In this document: positions 13,788 to 24,419 of the stretch, piece by piece
Layout: the number at the start of each line of letters is the position of its first letter
How positions within the stretch are numbered: the stretch's first letter is position 1
DNA from: Fimicolochytrium jonesii
Taxonomy: Eukaryota
DNA: 64,000 bases
Direction of reading: 5' to 3'
Assembly (NCBI RefSeq): GCF_025526975.1
Contig: NW_026515674.1
Location: 434,001-498,000 of the forward strand
Made by a program: the position numbers and the translations under genes
The notes under the pieces: generated by a model
What the model was told of the DNA's origin: nothing
The model's database searches: none
Seen by the model: the letters and a program-made list of their open reading frames with translations, nothing else

Positions 13788-14128
13788 TTTTGGTTATCGG
13801 GGACACTTTGAGGTAATGATATTTCAATACTATGACGGTGGGATGGCGAGGAATTCGCGTGGTCAAGCCTGAATTCAAGCCACGAACCAAAGTCGACGTG
13901 GCAGCTGCGACCCGCTGGTCACCGCTTTGTGAATTTGAATTTGGGAACAGAGGGAAAAAGCGGACATACGACTGCAGGTGCATAGACAAGCTCAACAGAG
14001 ATTGATAGAGTCGGCGACCAACCCCTTGAAACTTTGTATTTCAGGGATAAGCAACTTTGCTCCTCGGTTTTTAGGACGTGAGTTCAAGTCGATAACCGCC
14101 ATAGCTTTTTCCCGGCCGAATACAGTCA

Positions 14129-15160
14129 ATGACCAAGCCGGAGTTCGCATCCAGTAACGACGAGAAACTTCCTCCAAAGAGGGAATGTCGGGATAACGCA
14201 GGGTCTCTTAAGTCTGAAACGCCAACGGACGCCTCCATCCGACCAGTCGTTGACGCCCTACGACAGCAGCTTGAAGATCTGGGGCTCAGCACTCGCGGTC
14301 GGCGGCAGGAACTGCAGAAGCGACTGAGAGCTGCCAGGAAGAAGGCGCAGGCCGGAGACACGGCGGGTGTTGTCGACCCCCCAATAGTACAAAAACTGAG
14401 TGCAGCGAGCGAAAACGAGCAGAGCATACCGGCGACGACGACGGACCCGGACAGGCCGGAGGGAAGCCAGCCATATGATTTTTACTGCGTTCTCGACGTT
14501 GAAGCCACGTGCGACAAAGATACCCTTTTTGAGTTTCCGAACGAGATCATTGAGTTTCCGGTCATCCTTATCGACGGAAGAACGATGGAAGCGATCGCCA
14601 CGTTCCACCGATATGTGAGACCGGTCGTCAATCCCTTACTTAGCGACTTTTGCATAGAGTTGACTGGCATCACGCAAGACGTCGTGGACGGAGCGAAATC
14701 CTTTCCTGAGATGATGTGCGAATTCGAAGAGTGGTTAGGAACGTACACCACCTACCCGTTCGACAACGTGATGTTCGTTTGCGACGGGCCCTGGGATATC
14801 CGCGACTTTATACGCAAGCAGTGCGAGCATTCCGTTGTTTCACGGCCGCCATATCTCTGCAAATTCGTGGACCTGCGGAGACTTTACATCGAGCATTACC
14901 ACCGCGAGAGGGCGAATCTGGCCGGGATGCTTGCCGGCTTGGGCATGCAGTTTGAGGGTCGCGAGCATTCGGGGTTGGATGATGCGAAGAACATTGCGAG
15001 GATCGTTGTCAAGATGATGAAAGAGGATGGATGTATTTTCAAGCCGAACAAGCAAGTCAAGCTGAGCAAAAGGCGGGTGTCGAGGAATGGCAAGGTGCTT
15101 TACACCACTGGAGACAATAACTCGTCTCATTGGACGAAAGGGGATGTCATCACCTTCTGA
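14129..15160 (+). CDS. ERI1: 3'-5' exoribonuclease ERI1 (SAP domain + DEDDh)
   Basis: SAP: LRQQLEDLGLSTRGRRQELQKRL; exonuclease motifs VLDVEATC, EIIEFP, LSDFCIELTGITQ, DGPWD, FEGREHSGLDDAKNIARI; intronless. Confidence 0.93.
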   Translation: MTKPEFASSNDEKLPPKRECRDNAGSLKSETPTDASIRPVVDALRQQLEDLGLSTRGRRQELQKRLRAARKKAQAGDTAGVVDPPIVQKLSAASENEQSIPATTTDPDRPEGSQPYDFYCVLDVEATCDKDTLFEFPNEIIEFPVILIDGRTMEAIATFHRYVRPVVNPLLSDFCIELTGITQDVVDGAKSFPEMMCEFEEWLGTYTTYPFDNVMFVCDGPWDIRDFIRKQCEHSVVSRPPYLCKFVDLRRLYIEHYHRERANLAGMLAGLGMQFEGREHSGLDDAKNIARIVVKMMKEDGCIFKPNKQVKLSKRRVSRNGKVLYTTGDNNSSHWTKGDVITF

Positions 15161-16209
15161 AATGACCCCAATCGAAATGATGGAACCCGGGGTGCTGGAC
15201 GCTGCAGGATGACACCGAGATACCAGACCACGACCATCATACTTCTATCCTTTGCCCCCAGCCGATCCAATAGAAGTAGACAGCATTATTTATGTACAGA
15301 TTGTATAACAGAAAGATATACCCCTCGAATCCAAATTTGACAAACATGCACCCCGTTCGCTTCATCTTCCGTAAACGAAGTCGGGTCATCGCGAAGAACG
15401 GGACAATACTCCGTTCAACGAAAGGGAGGGGCCGCGTCTTCGTGTTCCGTGGGACGGAGCACCAGCTACTACGTAGCAGCACGTCCAGATGCCATATGTG
15501 TCTGCGCGCTGGAACATCACCGCCTGCTTATTCATGCTATGCGTTCCAATCGCGACTACGTCCATCCGTCGTGCCCACACCAAATTAAGTCATCAATATT
15601 CACATCCACCCCACGTTTGCGTCGGATGCCGTTTCCGCACTGCCCTCGTCGCCATTCGCTATCATCGTGACATCCCGCAACTATGTTTTGTCCACTTTCA
15701 GGGGAGCAATCACCAGGTCCGCGTTGATGGCCCGATCTCCAACTCTTTGACAGGTTTCAAAGTCGTTCCAAGTCGCTCCAAAATTTGCAAAAGTGCTCAT
15801 TGTTGTTCAGGTACTGTCTGCATGGTCTGGAGAGAGACCTGGCAGCATCGCCCTTTTCTGACGGACGTTCCTTCTGTTTAATTTTGACAGGGCCATTCCG
15901 AATTGACAGCGAGATGGTGAAACACGGGGATGACTGTGTTCATCACCCGAACGCGTGGTTCACCGCCGTTGGGTTGCGAGCCGCCACATTTCGGAGCCTC
16001 CCCCCTTTCCCTCACGCTTATAGGTTTTTGTGGAATAAGGCCGCTGCCTCACAGCAACAGCGCAATCTTCGTATTCTCGTCCTCACCAGTACTCACTCAC
16101 TCACTGCAATTGCCTGGAGGACTCCACCTCGCCAAGCTCACGCATACAGCCTCTTCCGACTGCCGCTAAACTACTGGAACCAACTCTGCTACGAGTTAGT
16201 TGACTAGCA

Positions 16210-17727
16210 ATGGAGAGAAGACGGGCGCTGCAGGGACTGCTACTTCTGGGTTCGGCTCTATTGCCGTTCGCGAGCGCCGCCTGCGTCGAAGTGAGTGGGT
16301 CTGCCCGCTGCAGTGAGCTCTTTCCCTCCTCCGCAGCACTTGTCAATACGGACACCCTCGCGAACGCAACAAGCGTGATAGATGCGGCGACCTTCGATGC
16401 GTGGGTGGACAGCTCAGCGGAAAACACTCTACTGTCGCTGAACTGTGGCACTTTAATGGACGAGGCAAAGTCCCACAAGGTGTCCTCTGTTAGATTCGGG
16501 GTGAGCTTTGGCTGTCAACAAGCTTTACAGAGTGGCAGCACCTGCGGTCCGCAGCCAGCCATCAACGACCCCTCGTTGAAGAAATTATGCCAATCGACCT
16601 GCGGCGGGTTCTTGAGCAGCGTGATAGAAACCGGCGTGAATACTGGTCTTTGCAGACCAGACCCGACACCATTGCAAAACTTCCTTGCATTCAATGCGAC
16701 TATCTGTGGGAGTCTGCCCGCGGACCGTCTGCCCGCGGACCAGACGCCTTGCTTGAGGGCCGTGAAAGCCGAGATTGATTTTTGTGGTATGCTTTTCCCA
16801 ATTTTCGCCTGGGCTTGCGCAAATCCATCCCTAACGCCAGCTGTTCTCTGCAGGGTATCCGAATACGGCCGAAGGACGAGCGCAAGCGCAAGCGCTGTGC
16901 CAGACGAACTCCAGTCTTCCTTGTTGCAACGCAAACGATAGGGTACCACTGATCGCAGGTCTCTGTGGTGGAGGGCTGTTTGGGATCATCGCCATCGTAT
17001 TCTCTGCGTACCAGTACCGGAATCAGCGGAATCGACACCGAGTAGACAACGCCGCCAGCAGAGCCAGCAGCATTCACGCACACAGGGCGGAACTAGGGGC
17101 CAGATCCAGTCACATGTGGGCGCCTACGGGAGGTCCATCGTCGGTGTCGCCGGGCGCCTATGCGGCACCCAAAGAGGAAATCAATTCTCCATACAACAGC
17201 AATTCTCCGCAAGGATTCGGATACTCTCAACCGAACGAATACAGCCGAACACATCAGGCACCATCTGGAGCATATGGTTATCAAAATGGATACCAGCCTC
17301 CATCAACAGCGGAAGTGAGACAAAGCGGTCTTCCAAGCCCCCGGACACCAACCACTCCTAGTACCCCCAGACAACCAACGCTCGGCATGGGTGCCACGCG
17401 CAATGGACGACCAGTGTCAACCCGGCATTCGGTCCGAGTAGACTCATATACGGCACAAAGAGAGAGTAGGATTGCGGGCACACATCGGGCTATGGTTTTG
17501 GAGAACTATGAGCCAGCAGGAGCAGATGAAGTGCGCCTAAGAACGGGAGATGTGGTACATGTGCAACGAGTCTTTGACGATGGTGAGTCTAGGCAATCTG
17601 AGTTTATCGCATGACACTAGTAAACCATCCGCTGACCGTGTCTCGTTATTTAGGCTGGGGATGGGGTCGAAACACAAGTACAGGACAGGAGGGAGCCTTC
17701 CCTACCGTCTGCTTGAACAACTTTTGA
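16210..17727 (+). CDS. Single-pass receptor-like protein: signal peptide, Cys-rich ectodomain, TM, C-terminal SH3
   Basis: Signal peptide, Cys-rich region (CVEVSGSARC..LCQSTC..FCG|YPN..LPCC), TM LIAGLCGGGLFGIIAIVFSAY plus basic RNQRNRHR, SH3 YEPAGADEVRLRTGDVVHVQRVFDD|GWGWGRNTSTGQEGAFPTVCL*; two introns. Confidence 0.82.
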
Positions 17728-19034
17728 GCAGTCATTTGAGGAGACGTTTGAATGTGTAAATAGCGATGCTCCGTTGTATACAGTTACAGTAGAGACTTCC
17801 CGGAGAAGTAGTTACGGCGTAGATGCAGCAGGGGCGTAAATGGTCTTCCCGACTAAGTCTATATCTAGTTTCGCGTGGCGAATAACACCAACGGTTTTGC
17901 ATTGATAATCTTGGGTGTTCTGGGACTCCGCAACTTCAACAGTGTCGCAAATGTCACTATATTATTCTTCGAGCTGTGTGGGACTCTCGACCCGCGTTTG
18001 CACTTCCTTACATTTGCACTACCACCAAACATATCCGACTGCGGCACAACACAACCAGGTATGAAGAACCTTGTCAGTTGTATAAGCAAGTCAGGGAATA
18101 CAGCAATAAGAACCGTCCTAAAGGTCCCTAAAGCGCATCGTTCTTCGCAGCCATAGAAAAAGGCACCTGCTTCACTGAAAGGGAGAGGTTACCGGGTAAA
18201 GTTGCGGTTGGTCCTTTCGGCGTTCGGTGGACGGAAATCGTTGAGAACTATCCGTAAAGGCATTCCCAAGCTGTCGTGCCCTGGCGGTTCAGTAAATGAC
18301 TGACCAGGATGCCGAGGTGCTTCCCAACTGCGGGCATGGGAGCATGGGTCTGCCTTCGCCATGAGCGAAGGGGAGTTGCTCATGAACTCATGATGCATGA
18401 GAGCTCCTCCCAGAGTTCGACCCTTTTCGGAGTTCGTCCTTTTATACATCCATGGGGGCGTGGCTTGGCATATTAATTCTCGCCATCCACGTGCCCGAAG
18501 ATAAACTCATTTCGGCACAGCCACAGGACCTTATGACTTGGCGGCAACTATGACGCGGGCAAGCAACTTGTGGGCAAATTGGGCGTCGGTGGGAGCGGGC
18601 CCAGCGGGGACTGTCTAATCACGGCAAACAGACTTTCAGGGTTTTGATCAGATTTTATCGATTTTGGATTGAGCACCGAACCGAGTCAAATCGGGCCTGC
18701 ATTTGGGCCAAAGTTTGCCGTCAAACGTTCAACGAACACCAACCTCACAGCCCGCTGACGGAGTTTTACAGAAATGACCACGCAACTTGGCGCAAGGTGG
18801 AAAAGTGGAAATTCTTTACGTAGCGGTCGGCCAACCTATTACTATATTACTACGCCGTTCTGCGGTATAAGAAGAGCGGGAGCTTCGGCGTATTCGCAGG
18901 TCAGAACATAGCAGTAGAATCTTCCGTCAAAACTACTTCCTTCAGAACACCATTCGCCTCTGGAGGTTGATACGACTCTCCGAAATCTTTATAAGCCCGA
19001 CACCAAGCGTCAATACACAAACGTATCCGTCGCC

Positions 19035-20630
19035 ATGCAGCTGATAGCGGTGCAGCGCCTCGTATATATATGGGCTTGTCTTTATTTGGTGATAGCCTCG
19101 GTTGAAGCCAAAGGAGGTCGCGGTGGAGGCGGCGGAGGCGGCGGTCGTGGAAGCTCTGGAGGTGGAAGCAGGGGAGGAAGTTCCGGAGGAAGTTCCGGAG
19201 GCCGCTCGTCCGGTTCTCGCACTACCGGTTCTTCTTCCATCGGCAGCGGGTATCGATCCAACCGAGGAGTCAGCAGCTCAGGCAGTTATTACAAGTCCGT
19301 GCCAACGACAAATACCGGAAAATATACCTACCAGCGCGGATTGGGCGGTGGAGGATACATTGGGTCAGGCAGCTACAGACCTCGAGGGTACTATATCGGC
19401 TCGTACGGCTATTACGGATATTATCCATACATGTACCCATTTGGGTACGGGCATTACTATCCCTACTGTGGGTATGACTGTCGTTACGGTGGAAGGTACA
19501 ACGATAACAACAGCTCGTCTTACTATTACGCTCGGCCATACGATACTGCTGCCGGAGTCCTGAATAACAACTCCACCGGCCCCGTCGTCATATCGACAAT
19601 ACGGAACGATGGCAACGAGGATGGCGGCGACATTGACAACCGATTGCAATTCATCTTCTCCGCTGCCAAGTACCCCTCCGTTCGGTCGACGTATTATGAT
19701 ACATCTGCAAGCGAAATCGCGGCGCCTGGCACGGGTGACCCCGGTGATTTCACTCTGGGCTTGACGCTATACCGCCTCATCGAGTACGCGGACGTAGACG
19801 GCGACTCGGTCTATACCGACGGCAAGGACACTCAAGTCCGTTACCTCGATTTAAGCGCAGCCGCTTGGTCTCCTTTTGCCTTCACTCAGAAGACCGCGGG
19901 TGATCGGGACTACTATGAGTCTACTATTCGAATGACGGCGCTGCCCACTTCAGCTGATGGTACTCGATCCAACGTCACAGCGTCACCGGCAACCGTCACA
20001 CTGACGTTCCGCACAGCGAACGCAGTCATTAACACAACCGAAACCCTCAACCCCACCATCCCCAACAGCGCTGGCATCGATATGGCTGTGACAGGCTTCG
20101 GGCTTTCTCCAAACTCCCCAGTAAAGCTCGCTCTCATCGTGCTCATCCGCACCGCCGAAGTCTTCGGACAAGACCCCGACCTCCCATCGAACCAGGGCAA
20201 CCGCACAAAGGGCGTGCAAGCTGGCGATGCAGCCGGTGCACGCGTTGAATGGTCTGCTACCGGATACGCGACCTCGACGAACTCTATATCTACTCGCGTC
20301 CCGAACCTCTCCGTTACGGGATCCCAGCCTCTCTTCAACAACGCCACATTACCGCAAGGCCTTAACAATGCCGAGGATGACCGAATCACCCGAGGTAGAC
20401 CCGAGGCTACTTACGCCCAAGTTATCAACATCAACCTTGATCCCGCTGCCGCTGCTGGCGCTCCGCTTGCCCCCAACACGACGCAGACGGTGTCGCTGGT
20501 TTCCTTTTTGGACGAACAAGTTCTGACACCTGAGAACGGCGGCATGTCGTCCCGCGGTTTCACGACACTTACTGCAGCCGTTGCGTGTTTTGCAACTATG
20601 GTGACGTTGTTTGTGAACACATATGCATGA
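19035..20630 (+). CDS. Secreted Gly/Ser/Tyr-rich, probably GPI-anchored surface protein
   Basis: 531-aa intronless ORF; signal peptide ending VEA-K, RGG/Gly-rich then Tyr-rich segment, several NxS/T sites, hydrophobic C-terminal tail after NGGMSSR. Confidence 0.8.
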   Translation: MQLIAVQRLVYIWACLYLVIASVEAKGGRGGGGGGGGRGSSGGGSRGGSSGGSSGGRSSGSRTTGSSSIGSGYRSNRGVSSSGSYYKSVPTTNTGKYTYQRGLGGGGYIGSGSYRPRGYYIGSYGYYGYYPYMYPFGYGHYYPYCGYDCRYGGRYNDNNSSSYYYARPYDTAAGVLNNNSTGPVVISTIRNDGNEDGGDIDNRLQFIFSAAKYPSVRSTYYDTSASEIAAPGTGDPGDFTLGLTLYRLIEYADVDGDSVYTDGKDTQVRYLDLSAAAWSPFAFTQKTAGDRDYYESTIRMTALPTSADGTRSNVTASPATVTLTFRTANAVINTTETLNPTIPNSAGIDMAVTGFGLSPNSPVKLALIVLIRTAEVFGQDPDLPSNQGNRTKGVQAGDAAGARVEWSATGYATSTNSISTRVPNLSVTGSQPLFNNATLPQGLNNAEDDRITRGRPEATYAQVININLDPAAAAGAPLAPNTTQTVSLVSFLDEQVLTPENGGMSSRGFTTLTAAVACFATMVTLFVNTYA

Positions 20631-21200
20631 GATGGATCTTGCATAGATTGCTATCTTTTGGGACCTTTTCGCAAAACAAGTTTTGCTCATACGTCGTATC
20701 TGATGCGCTCATATTGGCCCATCATAATTTGTATATACAATAGTTAACATGAAATGCTTAGAACATGCCTATACTTCGCATGCAACTGGCAATGTCGGCG
20801 CTGATGCACATCCCGTAGGAGGGTACGGAATTAAGAAAAAAACCCCGTCACTGTCATTGAGCCACGCGCTGTCGAGTTTTCTCTCGATTGCCCGTCAATC
20901 GGAAACCAGTGTGGGGAGTTCGGGAAACAACGAAGAAAGGACGGAAAAGGTTTCAAACATCATACCCATCGTTGCGCTCACGAACGAATTACTCGATTCA
21001 CGCAAGGCAATCTCACTAATCTCGTCTCTGTTGCGAGGTATTGTGCGTGACTTAGACGCTGAACCGGGGCTACTAGGTATTGCGGAAGAGACAGATTTCA
21101 GGACGATGAACAGATCGCTGACATTCACCTTTTCGTCTCTGACCCAGCACCATTACACCGCTGACAAAGCTAGTCAGGGATCAACAAAGAGCATCCCACC

Positions 21201-22124
21201 ATGGGCGAAATACCTATCGCTCCGGGTCTGCGAGAGTTCAACAATGCCAGCACCGCGGACGTCAAGTTCGTTTTCAGAGACGGAACCCCGATGTTCGCAC
21301 ACATGAAGACTCTCAAAGCCTGCTCGACATACTTTGGGTCCCACGCTGACTTCACAGAAGGTCAAAGCTTTCAACTGGAGCAGAACAAAAATCAAGATGA
21401 AGAACTGATGTGTTTAAACGAACCGAGCTACAAGTACACCATCCACGTGAAGCATTTGACTGCGGACGAGGAAGCCTTCCAACGTCTCCTCCTGTACATC
21501 TATACCCACGACCGGATTACTCTCCAAGTGACCCATGGCAACTTCATCCACCTCGTGGCTTTGAATCACTTTCTCGGCCTCCACAAATCGCTCGACTTGC
21601 AGAGTATCGCTCTGGCTGCTTTGGTGACCGCTCCGTTTAACGTCACGCTGTCGAGTCTTCAAAGTGCGGTCGAGACAGGCTCAATGGTTCAGGACGAGAT
21701 GCTTGGCTTGTTTAGGGAGCTCATACGCTCGCGAGAGTGCCGCGGCGGACAATTCGGAACCTGCAAGTGCCTTTACAAACCATTAACCTCAAAAACGAAG
21801 GCGAGGACCCAGTTCCCTAACGCTAACTACAAGCAGAGGCAATGTTTGAAGTGCCTTCAATGCGAGGAGCATTGCGCACTGGATTCCATTCGGATCGCCC
21901 TCAGCTTGCCCGCGATGTGGGTACTTTCGACACGGAAACACGAACTGACCTACGACGTCATTGTTCTACGTAAAGAAATTCAAAATGCAGTGAAGAGGAT
22001 GCGAGCACCGGCGATTCTTGCAAGGTTTATGGAGTCTTTGGATGAAGTGCAAGTACAAGGGCTCCAGTGTGTGATAGATTTCAAAGAAGTCTGCTGTGCG
22101 CTTTTCGCAACCAACGTGGGTTGA
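21201..22124 (+). CDS. BTB/POZ-domain protein
   Basis: ADVKFVF..MFAHMKTLKACSTYF..EAFQRLLLYIYT..LVALNHFLGL is a BTB signature; 307-aa intronless ORF. Confidence 0.75.
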   Translation: MGEIPIAPGLREFNNASTADVKFVFRDGTPMFAHMKTLKACSTYFGSHADFTEGQSFQLEQNKNQDEELMCLNEPSYKYTIHVKHLTADEEAFQRLLLYIYTHDRITLQVTHGNFIHLVALNHFLGLHKSLDLQSIALAALVTAPFNVTLSSLQSAVETGSMVQDEMLGLFRELIRSRECRGGQFGTCKCLYKPLTSKTKARTQFPNANYKQRQCLKCLQCEEHCALDSIRIALSLPAMWVLSTRKHELTYDVIVLRKEIQNAVKRMRAPAILARFMESLDEVQVQGLQCVIDFKEVCCALFATNVG

Positions 22125-22401
22125 GGGCCAAGAAGATGAACAGGCTCGCGCCTCTTCTCTCGCTGATCATAAGTGGCTTAAAGGTCGTACCGAATGTCAT
22201 GTAGTTATTTTCCCATGTCCGCGTACGTGTGTATATGTACACCCAGCCCATAGTTATGCAAAACGCATGTACATCAGTAGAATAGCAGATGCAACCAAAG
22301 GAATCAACCGTCGCTGTCGGCTCCGAGTAGCGAAAAGCCACTGTCAGTATGATGTTTGTTTTCCAAATACATTCTTCTACCGCTCCCTCGTGCCACCTTG
22401 T

Positions 22402-23903
22402 CTATGCAGTCGACATTGGTTCTAAGGAGTAATTTGGCTGAACGTGCTTCACTTGGGGCACCACCTTGAAAATTTCATCCGCAACTGAGAATACACTGTG
22501 AGCACTTTCACAGCTAGCATCGCTCAGAAGAGACGCCGGCTTACTTCTCAGTTTTTGCTGCAGCCATCGTTCTTGCCGTTGGGCGTTTACGGTATCCAAG
22601 AAATCCGTTTGCACTCTCAGTGTTGGCTGTAGTGGCTTATGTACGATCTTTTCCAGTTCCCATTCGATCTGACGGTACAACAAAGGGGTGTCAGATGGTA
22701 TTCCCATGGGAAAGAAAGCTGATGGAGAGAGTTTCATCCCTACCTTGAACGGCCCCTGCACTCGCTTGTCTTCGCCATCCTTCCCGCGATGCACTGCTTT
22801 AATAGGATCTCCCTTGTAATTCCTCACTCCAACATGCGTGTCCACCCATTCTTTCAACGCCCCACTACTCCTGATATCTTCTTCAGCAATATATAACGGC
22901 GGCAAAAGCTTATGCCGTCTCATGACTTCCTTCGCAGGAGAGGCGCTCCTTCCTCTCCTCCGATTCCGTCGATACTCTGACTCCTTCGGCGTACATGTTC
23001 CTTCACGCACTGTAGAGTCGGCAGCCAGAGCCTCGGAAACGCTCATCTCAACTGTGCGGCGGTGCCCCACGGGTCCAGAGTAGACGCCCGGCACCGCTTT
23101 GGTGCCGAGCAGATGATGACGAGTGGCTGCCAGCTTGGCAGATTTCTGAACGGCGAGATCGTGAATGTAGTCGAGGTGCTGTTGATGTTGGTGGGCGGCG
23201 TGGTTGTCGAGATGTATCCGGAACTCCTCAATCTTTGTTGAACGATGCGAAAGTTAGTGTGAAGATGGTTTTAGGCTCATCCACATGAGGCCCAAGTTCC
23301 TGCAGTCCGACCTTCTGTTTGACGTTTTCCAGGTACGCCTTTCGCTTGTAATAGTCGAACACGTATTCGCGAACCCAGAAGCCCCGCCATCTGATTCAAA
23401 AATGAGAAAATTCATACCAGACTTCGCCAATGACGCTAATGAGACACACTCACATTCTCTGGACGCGAACGGCCATGTCATGATAATGCCGGATTCTCCT
23501 GTCTTTGCTACGCTTGAAGATCAGCCGGCTCAGATCCTCTCTCCCGCGGAAGCCACGGTAGTATCTTTGGACAATGGTGGCTGTCGAGCTGCGGGTTGGG
23601 AGACGACATTTGCGTAAGCGATACAAAGGCAACGTGGTGTCCATCGTGCGTCTGTACGTACTGCAGAGTCTGTATACGCCTCCGTACGAGGAATCCTCTC
23701 CAACACCGCTGTATTGATATGGCCGCATGATGTTCACGATCACGATTCATTTCCGCATCCCTAGGATGATGAAATTTTGGAGTCAATCGTTTCATTTCGC
23801 CCTTGATCGTCAAGCCTGGAGCTTCTTACGTGGCCTTTTCGAAGAATAGATCGACTATATCAACGCCTTGTCTGGCCCATATTTTACTGAACGACAGTGC
23901 CAT
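22402..23903 (-). CDS. SPATA17: SPATA17-like IQ-motif ciliary protein
   Basis: Spliced: MALSFSKIWAR..AAISIQRCWRGFLVRR..TIVQRYYRGFRGR..MAVRVQRIWRGFWVREYVFDYYKRKAYL..RHHLLGTKAVPGVY..VQGPFK; three IQ motifs plus the HLL.T...PG.Y and QGPF motifs of SPATA17. Confidence 0.85.
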
Positions 23904-24419
23904 CCTGCGGGCATCAAAGTAGTAAGTCGCTGGAGAATCGCTGTATCATGCATGTTAAATGAGATGCAGGTAGTCGGAAGCGCATGTCGGAAATGAGGAG
24001 CTCAAACCATCGCAATGCGTATGGAACGAACGTGCGGAGGATTGGCAGTCTGAGTTCATCTTTGGGGAATCGGTCAATTTACCTTGGGGTTTGGATGTGA
24101 TATTGACATCACAGCCATGTAGTCTAGTTTTTCTCCCCTCTTTGATCCGGCAACGGAATAGGTCTGCCACCTTTTCTCCTTTCTTCTAAATTCAGCACTA
24201 ACCTTGATCTTGAATGAGATTTGACACCCACATCGAGAATCTGACAGCGCGTTGATTTGCGGCGCCACACATCTCGTAAGCATTTGCGTCCTAGATTCCG
24301 AGTGAATGCTTCTCGAAGCTTTTGCTATGATTCTCGTCGAACCAACGCTCACAGACAGAAGCTCAGCTCGCTACTTCCCTCCCCTACCATTCTGCTTAAG
24401 AACATTGGAAAGCAATCCG

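Noticed and set aside
20813..20828. Hairpin CCGTA-GGAGGG-TACGG resembling a Helitron 3' end
   Set aside because: Only a 5-bp stem and no CTRR terminus at the expected distance on either strand.
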